NCBI GenBank assembly: GCA_052426225.1
Contig: JBNJNM010000007.1
Coordinates: forward strand, 248,001 to 312,000
Direction: 5' to 3'
Length of the DNA stretch: 64,000 nt
Origin: Zancudomyces culisetae HAW-14-8
Taxonomy: Eukaryota; Fungi; Kickxellomycota
Positions 34,802-47,614 of this stretch are shown here, piece after piece. The stretch's first letter is position 1. Every line of letters begins with the position of its first letter. The translations under genes were made by a program, and so were the position numbers. The notes under the pieces were generated by a model that made no database searches, was not told where the DNA came from, and saw only the letters and a list, made by a program, of their open reading frames with translations.

Positions 34802-36726
34802 ATGTCAGCTAATTTATCTTCGATCGAACACTACAAGGCCTTGGTTCAGGATTACGACACATTTTTATTCGATTGCGATGGTAGCGCCTCTTCTTCTTGA
34901 ATCCAATTAAACAGATATATCTCTAGGTACTATTTTCTCAAACACAAATTAAACAAAAAAAAACCCGTGTATGTGTTATAGGTGTTATTTGGAGAGGAGC
35001 TACTCTCATACCAGGAATCAAGGAAACCATTGAATATTTAAAATCCCTAGGTAATTTTTTTAATATATCACTATTATATATCTGGATTAATTCCAATGCA
35101 GTATCATGTAAACCCATGTGCTATTTTGTTCTGAAAAATGTCAAGAAATTTGAGCTAACAGGTTATACGTGAATGATAAATCTTTAATCCAGGAAAACAA
35201 TTGATCTATGTCACAAACAACAGTTCGGTTTCCAGAAAGGATTACGTGTTGAAATTCAAGAAACTTGGCATCGAGGCAAAAGAGGTAGGGTTGTCTCTGA
35301 CACCACAATAGCCTATTATACATTCCATTCTACGCTATTGAAAGTTTTTATTTGCCTTATATGACATATTTATATACCTGCAGAACCATCATTTAAATAT
35401 ACATAATCATAGAACGAAATCTTTGGTTCAGCCTATGCTACTGCTGTGTACATGAAACACGTTGTCAAATTTCCCACAGATAAAAAGGTTTTCATTGTAG
35501 GAGGATCTGGGATAGCTGATGAGCTGGAACTACTTGACGTCTCTGTCTATAGAAAGGTACAGTTTCTCATTCCTTTTTCATTGCAATTGTACTTATTATT
35601 TTTACTTGGAATATGTCTCTTTTGCACTTAAGCTAATTGAAAATACGCTAAACACCTAGGATCTACATCCTCCAAAGCAACTGTCTGACATTAACGAAAT
35701 TAACAGTGATCCAGAGGTAACTTATATTTAAATTTTTTTGGCTTATTAATTACTTTTTTACATACAAATTTGCACTGCCACAACATTTGTCACTGGCAAC
35801 TCTACAACTCTCGCTTAGATCGGTGCCGTAATTGTTGGGATTGATTTCCAGATCAATTATTCAAAGCTTGCATTTGCCCATGTCAATCTAACGCTAAACG
35901 AGGACTGCATTTTCGTTGCAACGAATGATGATGCAACTTTTCCATTCGAGGATAAACTGTTTCCTGGTAAATAAAAAAACACACGCACTTTCATGGACTA
36001 CTATTACTTTTCTAACGATCACATTTTATGCTTATTCCTTTACCCAAAAGTATTTACTAACTCTCTCTCTCTCTCTCTTGTTTTTCTATTTCATTTTTTC
36101 CAGGTTGTGGATCAATCTTGTCAAGTCTAATCACATCAACTGGTCACAAGCCCACCATAATTGGGAAACCTCATAAAACAATGTTTGACTGCGTTGAAGC
36201 AAGGTAAGTGGAAATCATTTTTAGTATTATCTAGCTTGTGTTTTCAAACTATGCGTTTTGATATTCGAACCATAATTTGTATTTATCTGCATAACAATTA
36301 TAACCTTCTATTTTTTTTTTGACTATAGCCACGAAATTGTCAGAGATAGAACGCTAATGATTGGTGACAGGTACGCTGCGTTTAAATATTTTTGTGTCAA
36401 TTAAATAGATTTACTTACCCCCTTCCTCCCTAAATTGGAAAATTTGTATTTCAAATAACCATAATACACTTTTCGTTCATAGATTGGATACCGATATTAA
36501 ATTCGGTATTGATGCAGGAATAGATACTCTATTGGTTTTTACAGGTTTGTTATCTTTTTGTTCGATATTTTTTAAGATATGATTAGAGTATCCGTTCCAA
36601 AATACTTACCACCGCCATGATTGTTGATATTATTTAGGAGTTACAAACCAAGAAAAGCTAAATGGGAGTACCGTTCAACCTAAATTTACCATCGCATCAT
36701 TTGGAAACCTATCTGACCTTGTCTAG
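34802..36726 (+). CDS. PHO13: HAD-IIA phosphatase (4-nitrophenylphosphatase / phosphoglycolate phosphatase), about 10 exons
   Basis: YDTFLFDCD|GVIW, YVTNNSSVSR, IFGSAYATA, FVATNDDATFP, IIGKPHK, MIGDR|LDTDIKFG, LLVFT|GVT. Confidence 0.9.
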
Positions 36727-39700
36727 TCTCGCATTATACTTTTAACGCGCAGTTATCAGCCTCATCACTCTCTACCTTGGCCCCGATACTTACATCCTAT
36801 CTATATAGTTTTTCTTTTATAGGTGCACCACCAGTCAGTGGGATTTTTGGGGTCTTTCTGGTCATTTGTTGTTTTAGGCCTTTATTGTGGTTACTTTTCA
36901 CGTCTATAAACATTGAACTAGGCTCAAAAATATACATTGTTACCACTACTTGACCATTAACAAAATCTTCTGGTCCATTTTCAAGTATAAAAAATCAATA
37001 ACTTTTAAAAAAAATTCCCTAGAATTCAAACCCCGAAATTCTCAAGTTGGTATACTCTTTTTGTTTCCAAATCACACAGTTAACTAACAGCTGTTAAAAA
37101 TATTCAAACGTTTAAACCTTATAAATGAAGAATAAGAATAGATTCGTTGGTAAGTTTAAGTGTTTTACATCAAATTTGAATGACTATAAGTATTTACAGA
37201 TGTCAAGCAACACCTAAATAAATGCAAAATCGTTTTACATTCAACTTCGGATACAAGATCCGATATTCTTGATGTGGTATGAATAATCAAATATAATATC
37301 TTGGTAGTCGAAAGATTGCAATATTTTTTGAATACATGAGAAAAGTTACTGGGTACTTGAATAATATTACATTATAGTGTAATTCCTATTTTCCCTTTTT
37401 TTTGTTAGCTATATCGCTGTCTTTCTATCACCAGAGCTAATAATACCCTGTTTGAGTACAGATTTTTTTTTGATATTATAAAGCCACTCTACATCTTTAT
37501 TAGTGCCAAAAGATTTATTATCTTTGTCAATCTATCCCATCAACCATTTATCTTTTTTGGACAAAAGAAAAATAGTGATATTTTAGTATGGCAATAATTG
37601 GCAGATCAACAGGGTTATATTCTTCAATTGAACGTCTAGTATTTTGAATATAAATCAATGTCTGTAGCCAATATAAAAAAGTTGATGTCGTAACTATATA
37701 ATAAACCCAAGACTCAGCTATTCTTGAATTTGATATTCTTACATTCACCATGATACTAAATACATCAAAAACAAAAATGGGGTAAAAATCAAACTGCAAT
37801 ACCCCTAAGAGCCAGTGATATGTAGTTTAATCTCGAGTACTACTTATATTTCTATGCTCATTAATAACAACAATATACCAGTTTATACTCTGAACATAAC
37901 ATTAATTATCCTTCTACTTACAAATCGTACTTAAGTTTGTTTGAATTTTGTATTTCGAACATTTTAATACCTGCATATAAATAAATAATCCGATAAAAGT
38001 AGCATTTATTGACTTCAAATATACATTGCGAATTTTGTAAACAATAATTTACAGTAGCTGGAATTCTATAACATGCTAGCATATTAAATTAGTGACTATC
38101 CTCATTGCTAATATTGGTGCAAAGCTATAATAAATAATACAATAGAAAGTTTAATGTACAATGCAACATTCCATTGAATTTGGGTTGTTACTAGAACATC
38201 ACATTTTCGTATACCAAAATAAAAGTTGTTATTGTAGTTTTAAGTCGATTAAAACTGAGCATATAAAGGTTTGCCAACTGTTGTAACTACCTCAAATCCT
38301 ATGTGATTCAGGCTCTAACATGAACTTTATAGAATCAAAAAATACGATGCTTACTGAGGCAACTTTAGCGTAACAGTGTGGGTTTTCATGGTTTGCGAAC
38401 GATTTCAGTAGGGAAATGGTGAGCCTGCTGCTTCAATGAATCTGACGGTTGGCTTACAACAAATAATCATGTTCTGAAAAGAATCAATGACGCCAGAATA
38501 ACAATGGTTCAGTTGATAGATAAATTAATACAAATATCATCGATCTTTTTTATCCGCTATTAAAACCTATTCACACACTGTAAAAAATCATAATCTGGGC
38601 TAAAGTTTTATCGTGTGTTCAAGCAATTAATCTTCGAGAAGAATGTGAGCAGAGTATTGATAGGTACTTTACACATTGAATCTTCACATGCTAGACAAAT
38701 TATTTGGGCGTGAATTATTGCATCTGTTTTTTTTTGTTAAAAAGCTATATAAATTCAATACCCATACTGTTTTTATTTTTTCGCTTTGAATACTGCTAAT
38801 CCTAAGGCAAATTTCTTAGTTTTCATGGTGGCTCTTAGCTCTGAATCGGTTTCATATTTATTGTGCCTTGGTTTAGTAGTGTAATTGTAGGTGTTCAGGG
38901 ACGAACTTTCCGGCGATGGTAACTGGTTGGAATTTTGTAATTTTTTAGCTGCTTTTCTCCAAATAGCTACATTTTTGCTATTAGGTTCAATCAGATTATT
39001 ATTGGTGTACTGTTAAATGATTAACATTGGTTATGTAATCTTAAAAAATATATTCGATTTAAGGAATCCTTACCGAAACGACTAACACATCGTCATAATT
39101 TAATTTTTTAATAACTTAATCAATATTCTCAATTTGGTTATGTGAATGATTTTTTTCTTCGGTTTTATATAAATAGCAGAATTAATATATTAGGTGCTAC
39201 ACTACGTCGGAAAAAATAAACCATCAATTGCCTATTTAATATTTCTTGGGGCACTTTAATAATTCATGGAATAGTACCTGGTGTAACTATTTTCAAATCA
39301 AACCATCAACAAAATTGTTCATTGGGCTATTAATTTATCGGTTTCAAGAACTTGAGTTCTACTAAGAGCTAAGTATATATTTTCGGTAAACTTCCGCATA
39401 CTTTTACAATATCAGCAAAGAGTCTGCTATGTTACTCTCACATCCTGTAAAATCCGAGTTACATAAACCCAAAGAATATTAATGGGATGTAGTACATCCA
39501 ACATATTTTTGAAGTCTTTTTTTAAAAGCAAGCTAGACTAGCTTTCATGTCCCCGTCATTTAGCTTTTATTTACAGGCATTTATTATAATATCCTTTTCC
39601 TATGTAAAACACTAACAGCTTTCAATTGATTCAAGAGATTGCTGTAAAATAACAGGTGAGAAAGTATGTAAACTTAATCTCCCAAACATCAAAAAGCGAA

Positions 39701-39826
39701 ATACTCAAAAGTAAAGAGGTTGAAATAAAAATAATACTATATAAGCCCAGAATTGGGCATATGATTGATTGTAATGACTTTGCATAAACTAATTTATTAC
39801 AATTATTACCTTCAGTTAGTTATATA

Positions 39827-42214
39827 ATGATTAATACAAACTCTAAAAGTGAAAATTCTTCCAGCAGTGGAGGAAAACGGAAGAGATCAAAACTACACAC
39901 AGATGATGCCTACAGAAGACACACAGTAAAGATCAAGTATACTGTAAAAGGGGAGGCAAAGAAGAGGCAAACAAAACAAATCGTGTATAAAAAGTTTGTG
40001 AGCATAAAAGAAAGGATCAATATATTGCGCAAGCAAGTCAAAAAAAGGAATACCGTTTCCAAAGAAAACATTAACGAGGGCTTTAAAAGTGAAACAACCA
40101 ACTTGATGACAAAAGTTTGTACTATTCATATGAACATTCAAAATAGCATTGATAGAGACTCAGAATATATAGTGTTATCAAAACTTCTGCGAGATGTGAT
40201 AGATGAGCTAATGGATAGGTTTATATACCGCTATCCATTGCTTGTGAATGTTGTAAGGATACCTCAGTTTGTACAAAACATAAGGTATTTTCAAGTGCCG
40301 AAATATGTGGTTTACATGCTTTTGCTGGTGGGGTCAACCTTATTAAAAAATGATAAGTTTTCTGATGAGTTTACTGAGGAGAAGCGTAAAAGAGCGTTAA
40401 AATATGTCACTGAATATATGGGAACGGTAATCAGTAATCCAGATTGCTTGAGTATATGGACAATGCTGGTTTTAGCCAGATACTATACTACACTAGGAAT
40501 CCTGTCACAATACACAAAATATGTACACCTAGCAGCCAGCTTGGCAATTTTAATGAAATTACATAGGGTTGATGAGTATTGTATTAGAGCACCAGCTAAT
40601 CAGAGCGAGGATTTGATAGTGGAAAAAGAACTTAAAAGACGTCTTTGGTGGTGCACATATATTTTTTCCGTATTATTATCTGAAGCAACAGCGGTTCAAC
40701 CTACTTTACAACTGAGGGACGTATTTGTAAATTTGCCTAATAATGATCGTTTGTGGCACACAAACTCAGAATTCACGCTACCAACAACAAACTCGACGAA
40801 AAGAGGTGACATGATTCTAAGCAGCCAAGGTGAATTCAAATTTGATACATTTGCTTCATATGTGATGCTGTTCAGGATAAGACATGTAAATGTAACTTTT
40901 ATAAACCGGAGAAAGATTACAATAGCAAAGGGCATGGATAAAGACTATCAGTGCTATTTGATAATGTTCAAAAACTCTATGCAGTTTCAGGAGAGTCTCG
41001 TGGTGAAATTTCACAACGAGTTGAAAAAAATATTGGTATTTGGAGTACGCAATCCAGATATAGTGAATGTGATGAATATTGAATACTTTATACTACGCTA
41101 CTGTACATTAACTCTAAACTCTTGTGTAGCCAATATATACATTACCACATCAGAGATTGCTTACTATGAAAGTGTGGATATCCCCCCAGAGAGGGTAAAA
41201 TTGGCTAAAATAATGCTAATTGAGAACACCATTCGCGTTACAGAGATATTCTACTGGCTAATGTCAAACTTTTCACTTGATAAGTTTGATGTGGAGCTAA
41301 ATAGCATGATTTTTTATGTTTTTAAACATCTCATAAACATGGAATATGTAAAAGATCTAAGTAGGCTCAACGCAATCATAAATGGAAAAAATGCATTATC
41401 TGAATACTTTGAAAGGCTCAAGTTAACCTCATTGTCAGCAAAGATCTACTATTATTTGCTTAGTAACTTTTCCGATGTTAAAAAAAGTTATGACAAGGCC
41501 AACGCCAAATTTAGAAGCATTCCTCCAGATTTTGCAATGAAAATGCTTTCACCATATGACTATAATCCGTGGGTGGTTCCAAATGGAAGCAGCTACCTCA
41601 AAAATACATGCTGTCATGATTCATCAAGTACAGAAGTTCATGACCCGTTCCTGTTAAGTAAAATCTCTGCAAAAAAGAATTCGAATAAAGATAAGGGGTT
41701 TCTATCTCCATTTGTCAACGAAGCCAGTAAAAAGAGATATATAATGGCGATTGACTTGAAGCCAGTAGTTGAAAAATCAGAAAATCTCTACTTGTCATTG
41801 GAATGCCTGAGTACCACAAAAAAATCATCTGAAAAGTACAATGCTAACAGTATAAGTCATCCAACCTTGGATGATGATCCTCAAGACTTTTATGTAAAAT
41901 TTGTCAACTTTGATACACGACCTCAGAATATCACGTTGCTTAGTCAATGCAAAAAAATGATTGAGCGCGTATTTTACCCAATTGTGAGTGCAAACGCTAA
42001 ATCTATGTATAAAAATCAGTCTCCAACATTTGAGCAAAATCTCATTATTTCCAGCTATAGGGAAGCTTTTTCGAGCTTTAATTTTACTGAATTATTGTAC
42101 AACCCCATCGAGCAAGCACAGAGAGGTGATAAAACTCGTGGGTGTGAATTCCTATACAAAAGCAAAAAATGCGCTAAGTTTGGTTCGGCTATTAACTCTA
42201 TGATTGATGATTAA
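39827..42214 (+). CDS. Fungal transcription-factor-like protein (middle homology / Fungal_trans region), no zinc cluster visible
   Basis: 795-aa intronless ORF with LAASLAILMKLHRVD...EKELKRRLWWCTYIF...VNLPNNDRLW, typical of the Fungal_trans region, and a basic NLS-like N-terminus. Confidence 0.7.
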   Translation: MINTNSKSENSSSSGGKRKRSKLHTDDAYRRHTVKIKYTVKGEAKKRQTKQIVYKKFVSIKERINILRKQVKKRNTVSKENINEGFKSETTNLMTKVCTIHMNIQNSIDRDSEYIVLSKLLRDVIDELMDRFIYRYPLLVNVVRIPQFVQNIRYFQVPKYVVYMLLLVGSTLLKNDKFSDEFTEEKRKRALKYVTEYMGTVISNPDCLSIWTMLVLARYYTTLGILSQYTKYVHLAASLAILMKLHRVDEYCIRAPANQSEDLIVEKELKRRLWWCTYIFSVLLSEATAVQPTLQLRDVFVNLPNNDRLWHTNSEFTLPTTNSTKRGDMILSSQGEFKFDTFASYVMLFRIRHVNVTFINRRKITIAKGMDKDYQCYLIMFKNSMQFQESLVVKFHNELKKILVFGVRNPDIVNVMNIEYFILRYCTLTLNSCVANIYITTSEIAYYESVDIPPERVKLAKIMLIENTIRVTEIFYWLMSNFSLDKFDVELNSMIFYVFKHLINMEYVKDLSRLNAIINGKNALSEYFERLKLTSLSAKIYYYLLSNFSDVKKSYDKANAKFRSIPPDFAMKMLSPYDYNPWVVPNGSSYLKNTCCHDSSSTEVHDPFLLSKISAKKNSNKDKGFLSPFVNEASKKRYIMAIDLKPVVEKSENLYLSLECLSTTKKSSEKYNANSISHPTLDDDPQDFYVKFVNFDTRPQNITLLSQCKKMIERVFYPIVSANAKSMYKNQSPTFEQNLIISSYREAFSSFNFTELLYNPIEQAQRGDKTRGCEFLYKSKKCAKFGSAINSMIDD

Positions 42215-42879
42215 TCTTATAGACTTATGGTAGAAGTTGAATTTAGTATTGAAGCTCACTCACTGATTTCCTAGATAAGTTTTGATAATCGTTTATTAAA
42301 TAAATATATCATGATACATCTAAATTATTTTATTATCTTTTAGTTTTCTGATGTTGCTTTAATATCCAAGATTAATTATAAGCTATAAACCAAAACATTA
42401 CATTTACAAAAAGAAAGTACAAACAGTAAATAAAAAGGTAATTACGGCAAACTGTATTTTTAGTTGAAATAACGCATTAAAACTTCCACTGTTTTCACTG
42501 ATCTACAAGGTGGTAATCAAGTCAACTCGGCTCCCCGTAGCATTATGTATTCTGTGTGCTTGTAAAAAAACGTATTTATATTTCATTTCAAGGGTCATTG
42601 AAATGTGGAAGTGTGTCTGTATAACAAGGTGGACTAAATTGTACCTAATACATACTTGAGAATTCTGTATCTGTACTAATTTTGTACTCTGAAATAGATA
42701 ATTTCAGTAAAAAATTTCCGATAACATAAACCATTAAATTATTAAATGTACAATTCCTGCAAATAGAAAATTAAAATTAAAATCAGATTTTGTACCTATT
42801 TTCCCTAATTTTATCTTTGAAGTTCGAATTAAATTCTGAGTGAAGTGGTGATACCAAGGCGTATTATACAAGGTTCATC

Positions 42880-44954
42880 ATGAGAGACAGAAACGATCTA
42901 AGCGAGGAAGAAATAACAACATACCTACGAGAATTGCATATCGATGATCTCACCAAAATAATTTTGGATGAATTCTCACAAACTTCATATAGTGTATATA
43001 TTGATATGCACTTGCTGATTGAATTCTCACCCATAATGGGCTACAAAATACTAAAAAAACCAATGGTGAACATCAAAAAAATTGAGTCAGTGTTGTTGGG
43101 ATTGCAAGAGGAGCTTTGTAAGGAAATCGATGGACTGAGGGAGGGGAAAGTAAAAGAAAATGTGCTTGTAAGAATAGAAAAGTTACCAAAAGTTGACGGG
43201 TTGGATAAATTCGAAGTACCCACGAGTGTTGATATTGGGAAACTATTGAGTTTTAATGGTATTGTTATTAGGATGGGTGCAAACAAAATTCTTGAAACCT
43301 TTAGATTCTACAAATGCACCAAATGTAAACGGTATACGCAAAGTGAGGCAGATATTGAGTCGTACAATTATATAGCCAAACCAATGAAATGTATGGACTG
43401 TGGTAATGGGAATTTGGTTGAAGTTACCAACGATTCAGGCAAGTTCTAATGTTTAATGTATTTAGTAGCAAGATATTCATTCCAATCTCAAGACTTGTAA
43501 ATTTAACAGCTAGGTGTGTTTCTATGAAAAATAAATAAATAGAGTATGGAAACATCAATACGTGTATTGACTATCAAGAAATTAAGGTACAGGAGATGGC
43601 AGATAGAAAAGTGTTTGGCTCTATTCCTCGAAATATAGCTGTAATTTTGCAAAATGATCTTGTTGATAAAGCTAGGTCAGGGGATCAAGTAACCATAGTA
43701 GGAATAGTGCTAAGAAGGTGGAAGGCAGTAATACCTGGGCAGCGGCCTGATATAAGTATATGTATGTTGGCAAGCAGTATCTTTGTACACAACAATAACG
43801 ATCATTTAAACAACTACTCTGTTTCACGAGAAATGAAACTGTTTTTTGAAATGTATTGGAGCAAGTATGTGGACAAACCTATTAGAGGGAGGGATGGAAT
43901 TTTGGCTGCGATATGCCCCCAGGTATATGGATTGTATATTGTCAAGCTGGCGTTGCTTTTGGTCATGATTGGGGGTACGGGTAAACAGAGTACCGATGGG
44001 CTCAAGGTTCGTGGTGAAATGCACTTGTTGCTGGTTGGAGATCCTGGCACTGCAAAATCACAATTCTTGAAGTATGCGGCAAAGTTATCCCCACGATCGG
44101 TGCTAACAACAGGTGTAGGTACAACCAGCGCAGGACTAACTGTAGCGGCGGTGCGAGACGGAGGTAGTGGTGGAGAATGGATGCTCGAGGCCGGTGCGTT
44201 GGTGTTGGCGGATCGAGGGGTTTGCTGCATTGATGAGTTTAGCAGTATTCGTGAAAACGAAAAGACAGCCGTTCACGAGGTCATGGAACAACAAACTATT
44301 TCTGGAGCCAAGGCAGGAATGATAATAAATCTAAATGCTAGATGTACCATTATCGCTGCCACTAATGCGAAAGGAAAGTATGATGTCAATCAGAGCCTGA
44401 GCGTAAATGTTGGATTAGCTAGTCCACTACTGAGTAGGTTTGATTTGGTTTTAATTCTTTCTGACAACAATGATCGCGATTGGGATGCCAAAGTCGCTGA
44501 TTTTATTCTAGGACTGACAACCCAAAAATCTAAACCCGAGCCCCTATCGTTATTTTCAAACTCCATTCTGGAGTCACAGTCACTTTTTGGTTTTTCCCAA
44601 TTGCAATCGTATATTCAGCATGTAAAGGCTCGCTTTAACCCAACTTCGACCAGAGAGTCAGAACTCATATTAACCACGTACTATCAATTTCAACGGCAAA
44701 AGGAGTTCAGAAGTGCAGCCCGAACCACTATTCGGCTTTTGGAAAGTTTGATTCGGTTGTCCCAGGCCCACGCACGACTTATGTTTCGTGACAAGATCAC
44801 TAAAGTTGATGCAGTTATGGCTGTCTATTTAATGGAGTTCTCAAATAACAATGCTGATGCTCTTCATATAAACTTTCCCGATAACCCAGACAAGTTTTAC
44901 AGAGATACTGAAAAGGATATCCTGCAGAAACTTGGGTTAACCGACCAGGTTTAG
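42880..44954 (+). CDS. MCM9: MCM9-like DNA helicase; exons 42880-43438 and 43543-44954
   Basis: Zinc finger CTKC...CMDC, DYQEIKVQE, GSIPRNIAVILQNDLVD, HLLLVGDPGTAKSQFLKYAAKLSPRSVLTTGVGTTSAGLTV, CIDEF, LLSRFDL, ARTTIRLLESLIRLSQAHARLMFR. Confidence 0.88.
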
Positions 44955-45214
44955 TGATGCGCCTGTTCTATATCGTTTCTCTGTGATTTTTGCCTAGTTT
45001 CTGCGAAAAATTTTAGATTTTTTCTTGTAATTCTAGTTTAAAGAAATGTAAATACTCACACTGGATGTTTGTACAAGACATAAAAATGGCCTGGTTTCAA
45101 GAGTTACACTTGGTAAAATGATGTTCTTCGCAATTTATGAGATGAATGGGCAAACTATTAAAAGAAATGAAAGCAATTCTATTTGCTGATTCAAAACTGA
45201 AATGAGTAAAAGCT

Positions 45215-45285
45215 TGCGTCAGCCGGGAGTCGAACCCGGGCCAATTGCTTGGAAGGTAACTATTCTACCGCTATACTACTAACGC
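45215..45285 (-). tRNA. tRNA-Gly (anticodon TCC)
   Basis: GCGTTAG TA GTAT AGCGGTA GAAT A GTTAC CTTCCAA GCAAT TGGC CCGGG TTCGACT CCCGG CTGACGC A forms a cloverleaf. A T4 Pol III terminator follows. Confidence 0.92.
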
Positions 45286-47092
45286 TTATTTTTCAAAAAA
45301 ACTTTTATTTTTTCTGATCCTATACTATTATTGTTTTTTAATATGTTTTTATTGGTGGTACGATATACAAATACTTTACAACACCATATAAGTTATGAAT
45401 ACATACTTAAATACACGCTTAAAATTTAATTATTAATGTGGTATACGTTGAAAAGTCTGTGTTTTTTATTAAAATTAGTAAATATATTTTTATGTTATAT
45501 ACTTCGTAGAATGGGAAAGATTTACCTGATGTTCTCATTTATATATATATATATTCGAGGTATACATGACTTTACTATCAAAGCACAAAAAAAAAAAAGA
45601 GTACACTTTCTATAGTTTACTGAAGATATCCTATTGTCACTGGTACTACTCTAAGTTTGGTTTTAATGATAAGCGATTACTTTAATTTTTGTTTTGTTAT
45701 TACAAGCTCATAAATTACGTAAATATTAATAAAAAATGTGGATTTAAAATAAAACACAGCTAGTCGTATTCAATTAGGATTTGTACTCTGTAAAAGTTTA
45801 AAGCCTATAAAGGTGGAGGTAAATAGACTAGGGCTAATTACTCCTTATCCTGAATTTGAATTAACAGTAGAAAATAAAATAAAATAAAAAACAGCACCAA
45901 TCCTATAAAAGCAGATGCTTGTGTAGTGATTGGTAGCGATCAAGGTAAGTAAGGAGATGTGAATAAGTGTAAAAACAAGGCCAATTTCCAACACATGGCT
46001 TTATTTGCCCTTTTCCACGGCATTTTCAACGCATAATCCGAGTATTTTATTCTATTGAATTGACGTTTGCATGTTTATACCTTTGGCATTTTGACTTTTT
46101 ATCTACTGACCTCAAATATATTCTCAGTGTGGAGAATCGTACTTTCAGCATATATAGCTAAAGACAAAAACAGCGAATACATGTGAACCATTGACCTGCA
46201 TATTAGGTCCAGAACATAAAGTAGCGTGTTAGCAACATTAAGTATCGGTTTCATAGGTTTTAAATTAATAATTGTTTTTGTTTTCTTTGCTTTTAATAAT
46301 AATCTAGAATTTCGCTAATCAAAGGGTCCAGAAAAAAAAAACGATATTCGCCTTTTTTCATTTGTTGAAATCCATATTTTTAATATACTTGACCCATTTA
46401 TAATTTGGATATATAATGTGGACTAAATGCAAAAGGAGCTCTTCTAACCCACTCTCGTATATGGTACACTGCTGTGAAAAGGAATTGGTTGCAAAAATAC
46501 AAAATACTAGGCAAAGTACAGAGCTGAGATGTGTTAAAATGATAATTACCCAGTATATATCCACCTTTTGGTAGTGCAGTATCGAATGCGGTGTTTTTTT
46601 TTGCTTTGATGTATACCAAGTTATAGTTTCAATTGAGCTCAAAACTAAGTATAGGCAACAGAAGCGTGATAAAATACCACACCAAATTAATTATAAGTGT
46701 TGATCTAGTAACCCCATTAATTTATTTTCAGGCATTTTCCATAGCAAAGCTTTCATAAGTCTAATTTTAGCAGAAACAAATGGAAAGTAAAAATAAAAAA
46801 TAAAACGAAAAGCTCGATATTTTATTGCTCTTTTCCTTTTCCTTTTCCTTTTCGTATTACTCTAATTTTTTTCACAAAAACGTTAACTTAACAAAAGGCC
46901 ATATTTCATAGATTATTTTTAAAATCTGTACAAGAAATATCGCTTTCCTTCTAACCCATACCCCCGAGATAGCAACCGTGTTTTTGTATACAAATAGCAT
47001 CCGATAATAAAACAGCTATAAGTGTATAAAACGAGATCCTATTCCTATATCAGAAAAAAAAAAGCAACTGATAGAAGTATCGACAAAATAAA

Positions 47093-47614
47093 ATGTCTGA
47101 AAGAAAGTTAAAGAAGACTCTTGAGGAAAACGAAAAGCTCAAGAAGACGCTAGATACACCTCGTGCGGCCGTTTCCGAGGCAAGTAAAGAGTAAGTATAC
47201 AATGCTTTTTTTTCTCTTTGTCCCATACCCAGATTAAATGTTGCTGTGCCAAAATCCTTTGTTTTGTTTCCTTTTTTTATTTTTTATTTTCATGAGGGTG
47301 GGTGTATGTGTATGTGTGTATTTGTATTTGTTCTTGTTGTTACTGGCGATCTTGGTAGTAACAGGAAAAATATCTTAGAGCCAAAGCCAAATCACCTTGA
47401 ATAACCCGCTATGAGTACTTATTTTATATTCTAGTTTTTGTATAAACAAACACATTTCTTTGCTACAAAGTTATTGAATCTGTACTAAAATAGCTTGATT
47501 GCTTACACTCAAAAGACCGAAGACAATATATTAAATGCAGCCCTAGGTAAACCAGCAAAAGATCCATTTGCAGAACCAGAGAAAGCTGGCGGCTGCAAGT
47601 GCGTTATAATGTAG
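47093..47614 (+). CDS. Heterotrimeric G-protein gamma subunit; exons 47093-47190 and 47494-47614
   Basis: Not in the ORF track. MSERKLKKTLEENEKLKKTLDTPRAAVSEASKDLIAYTQKTEDNILNAALGKPAKDPFAEPEKAGGCKCVIM* is a GGL domain plus CaaX. Confidence 0.92.

Noticed and set aside
36602-36610. ATACTTACC, like the 5' end of U1 snRNA
   Set aside because: It sits in a short intron, with no U1 stem-loops or Sm site following.
36730-39826. 3-kb gene-free stretch examined for a transposon remnant or ncRNA
   Set aside because: No terminal repeats, transposase/RT motifs or RNA-family signature recognised by eye.
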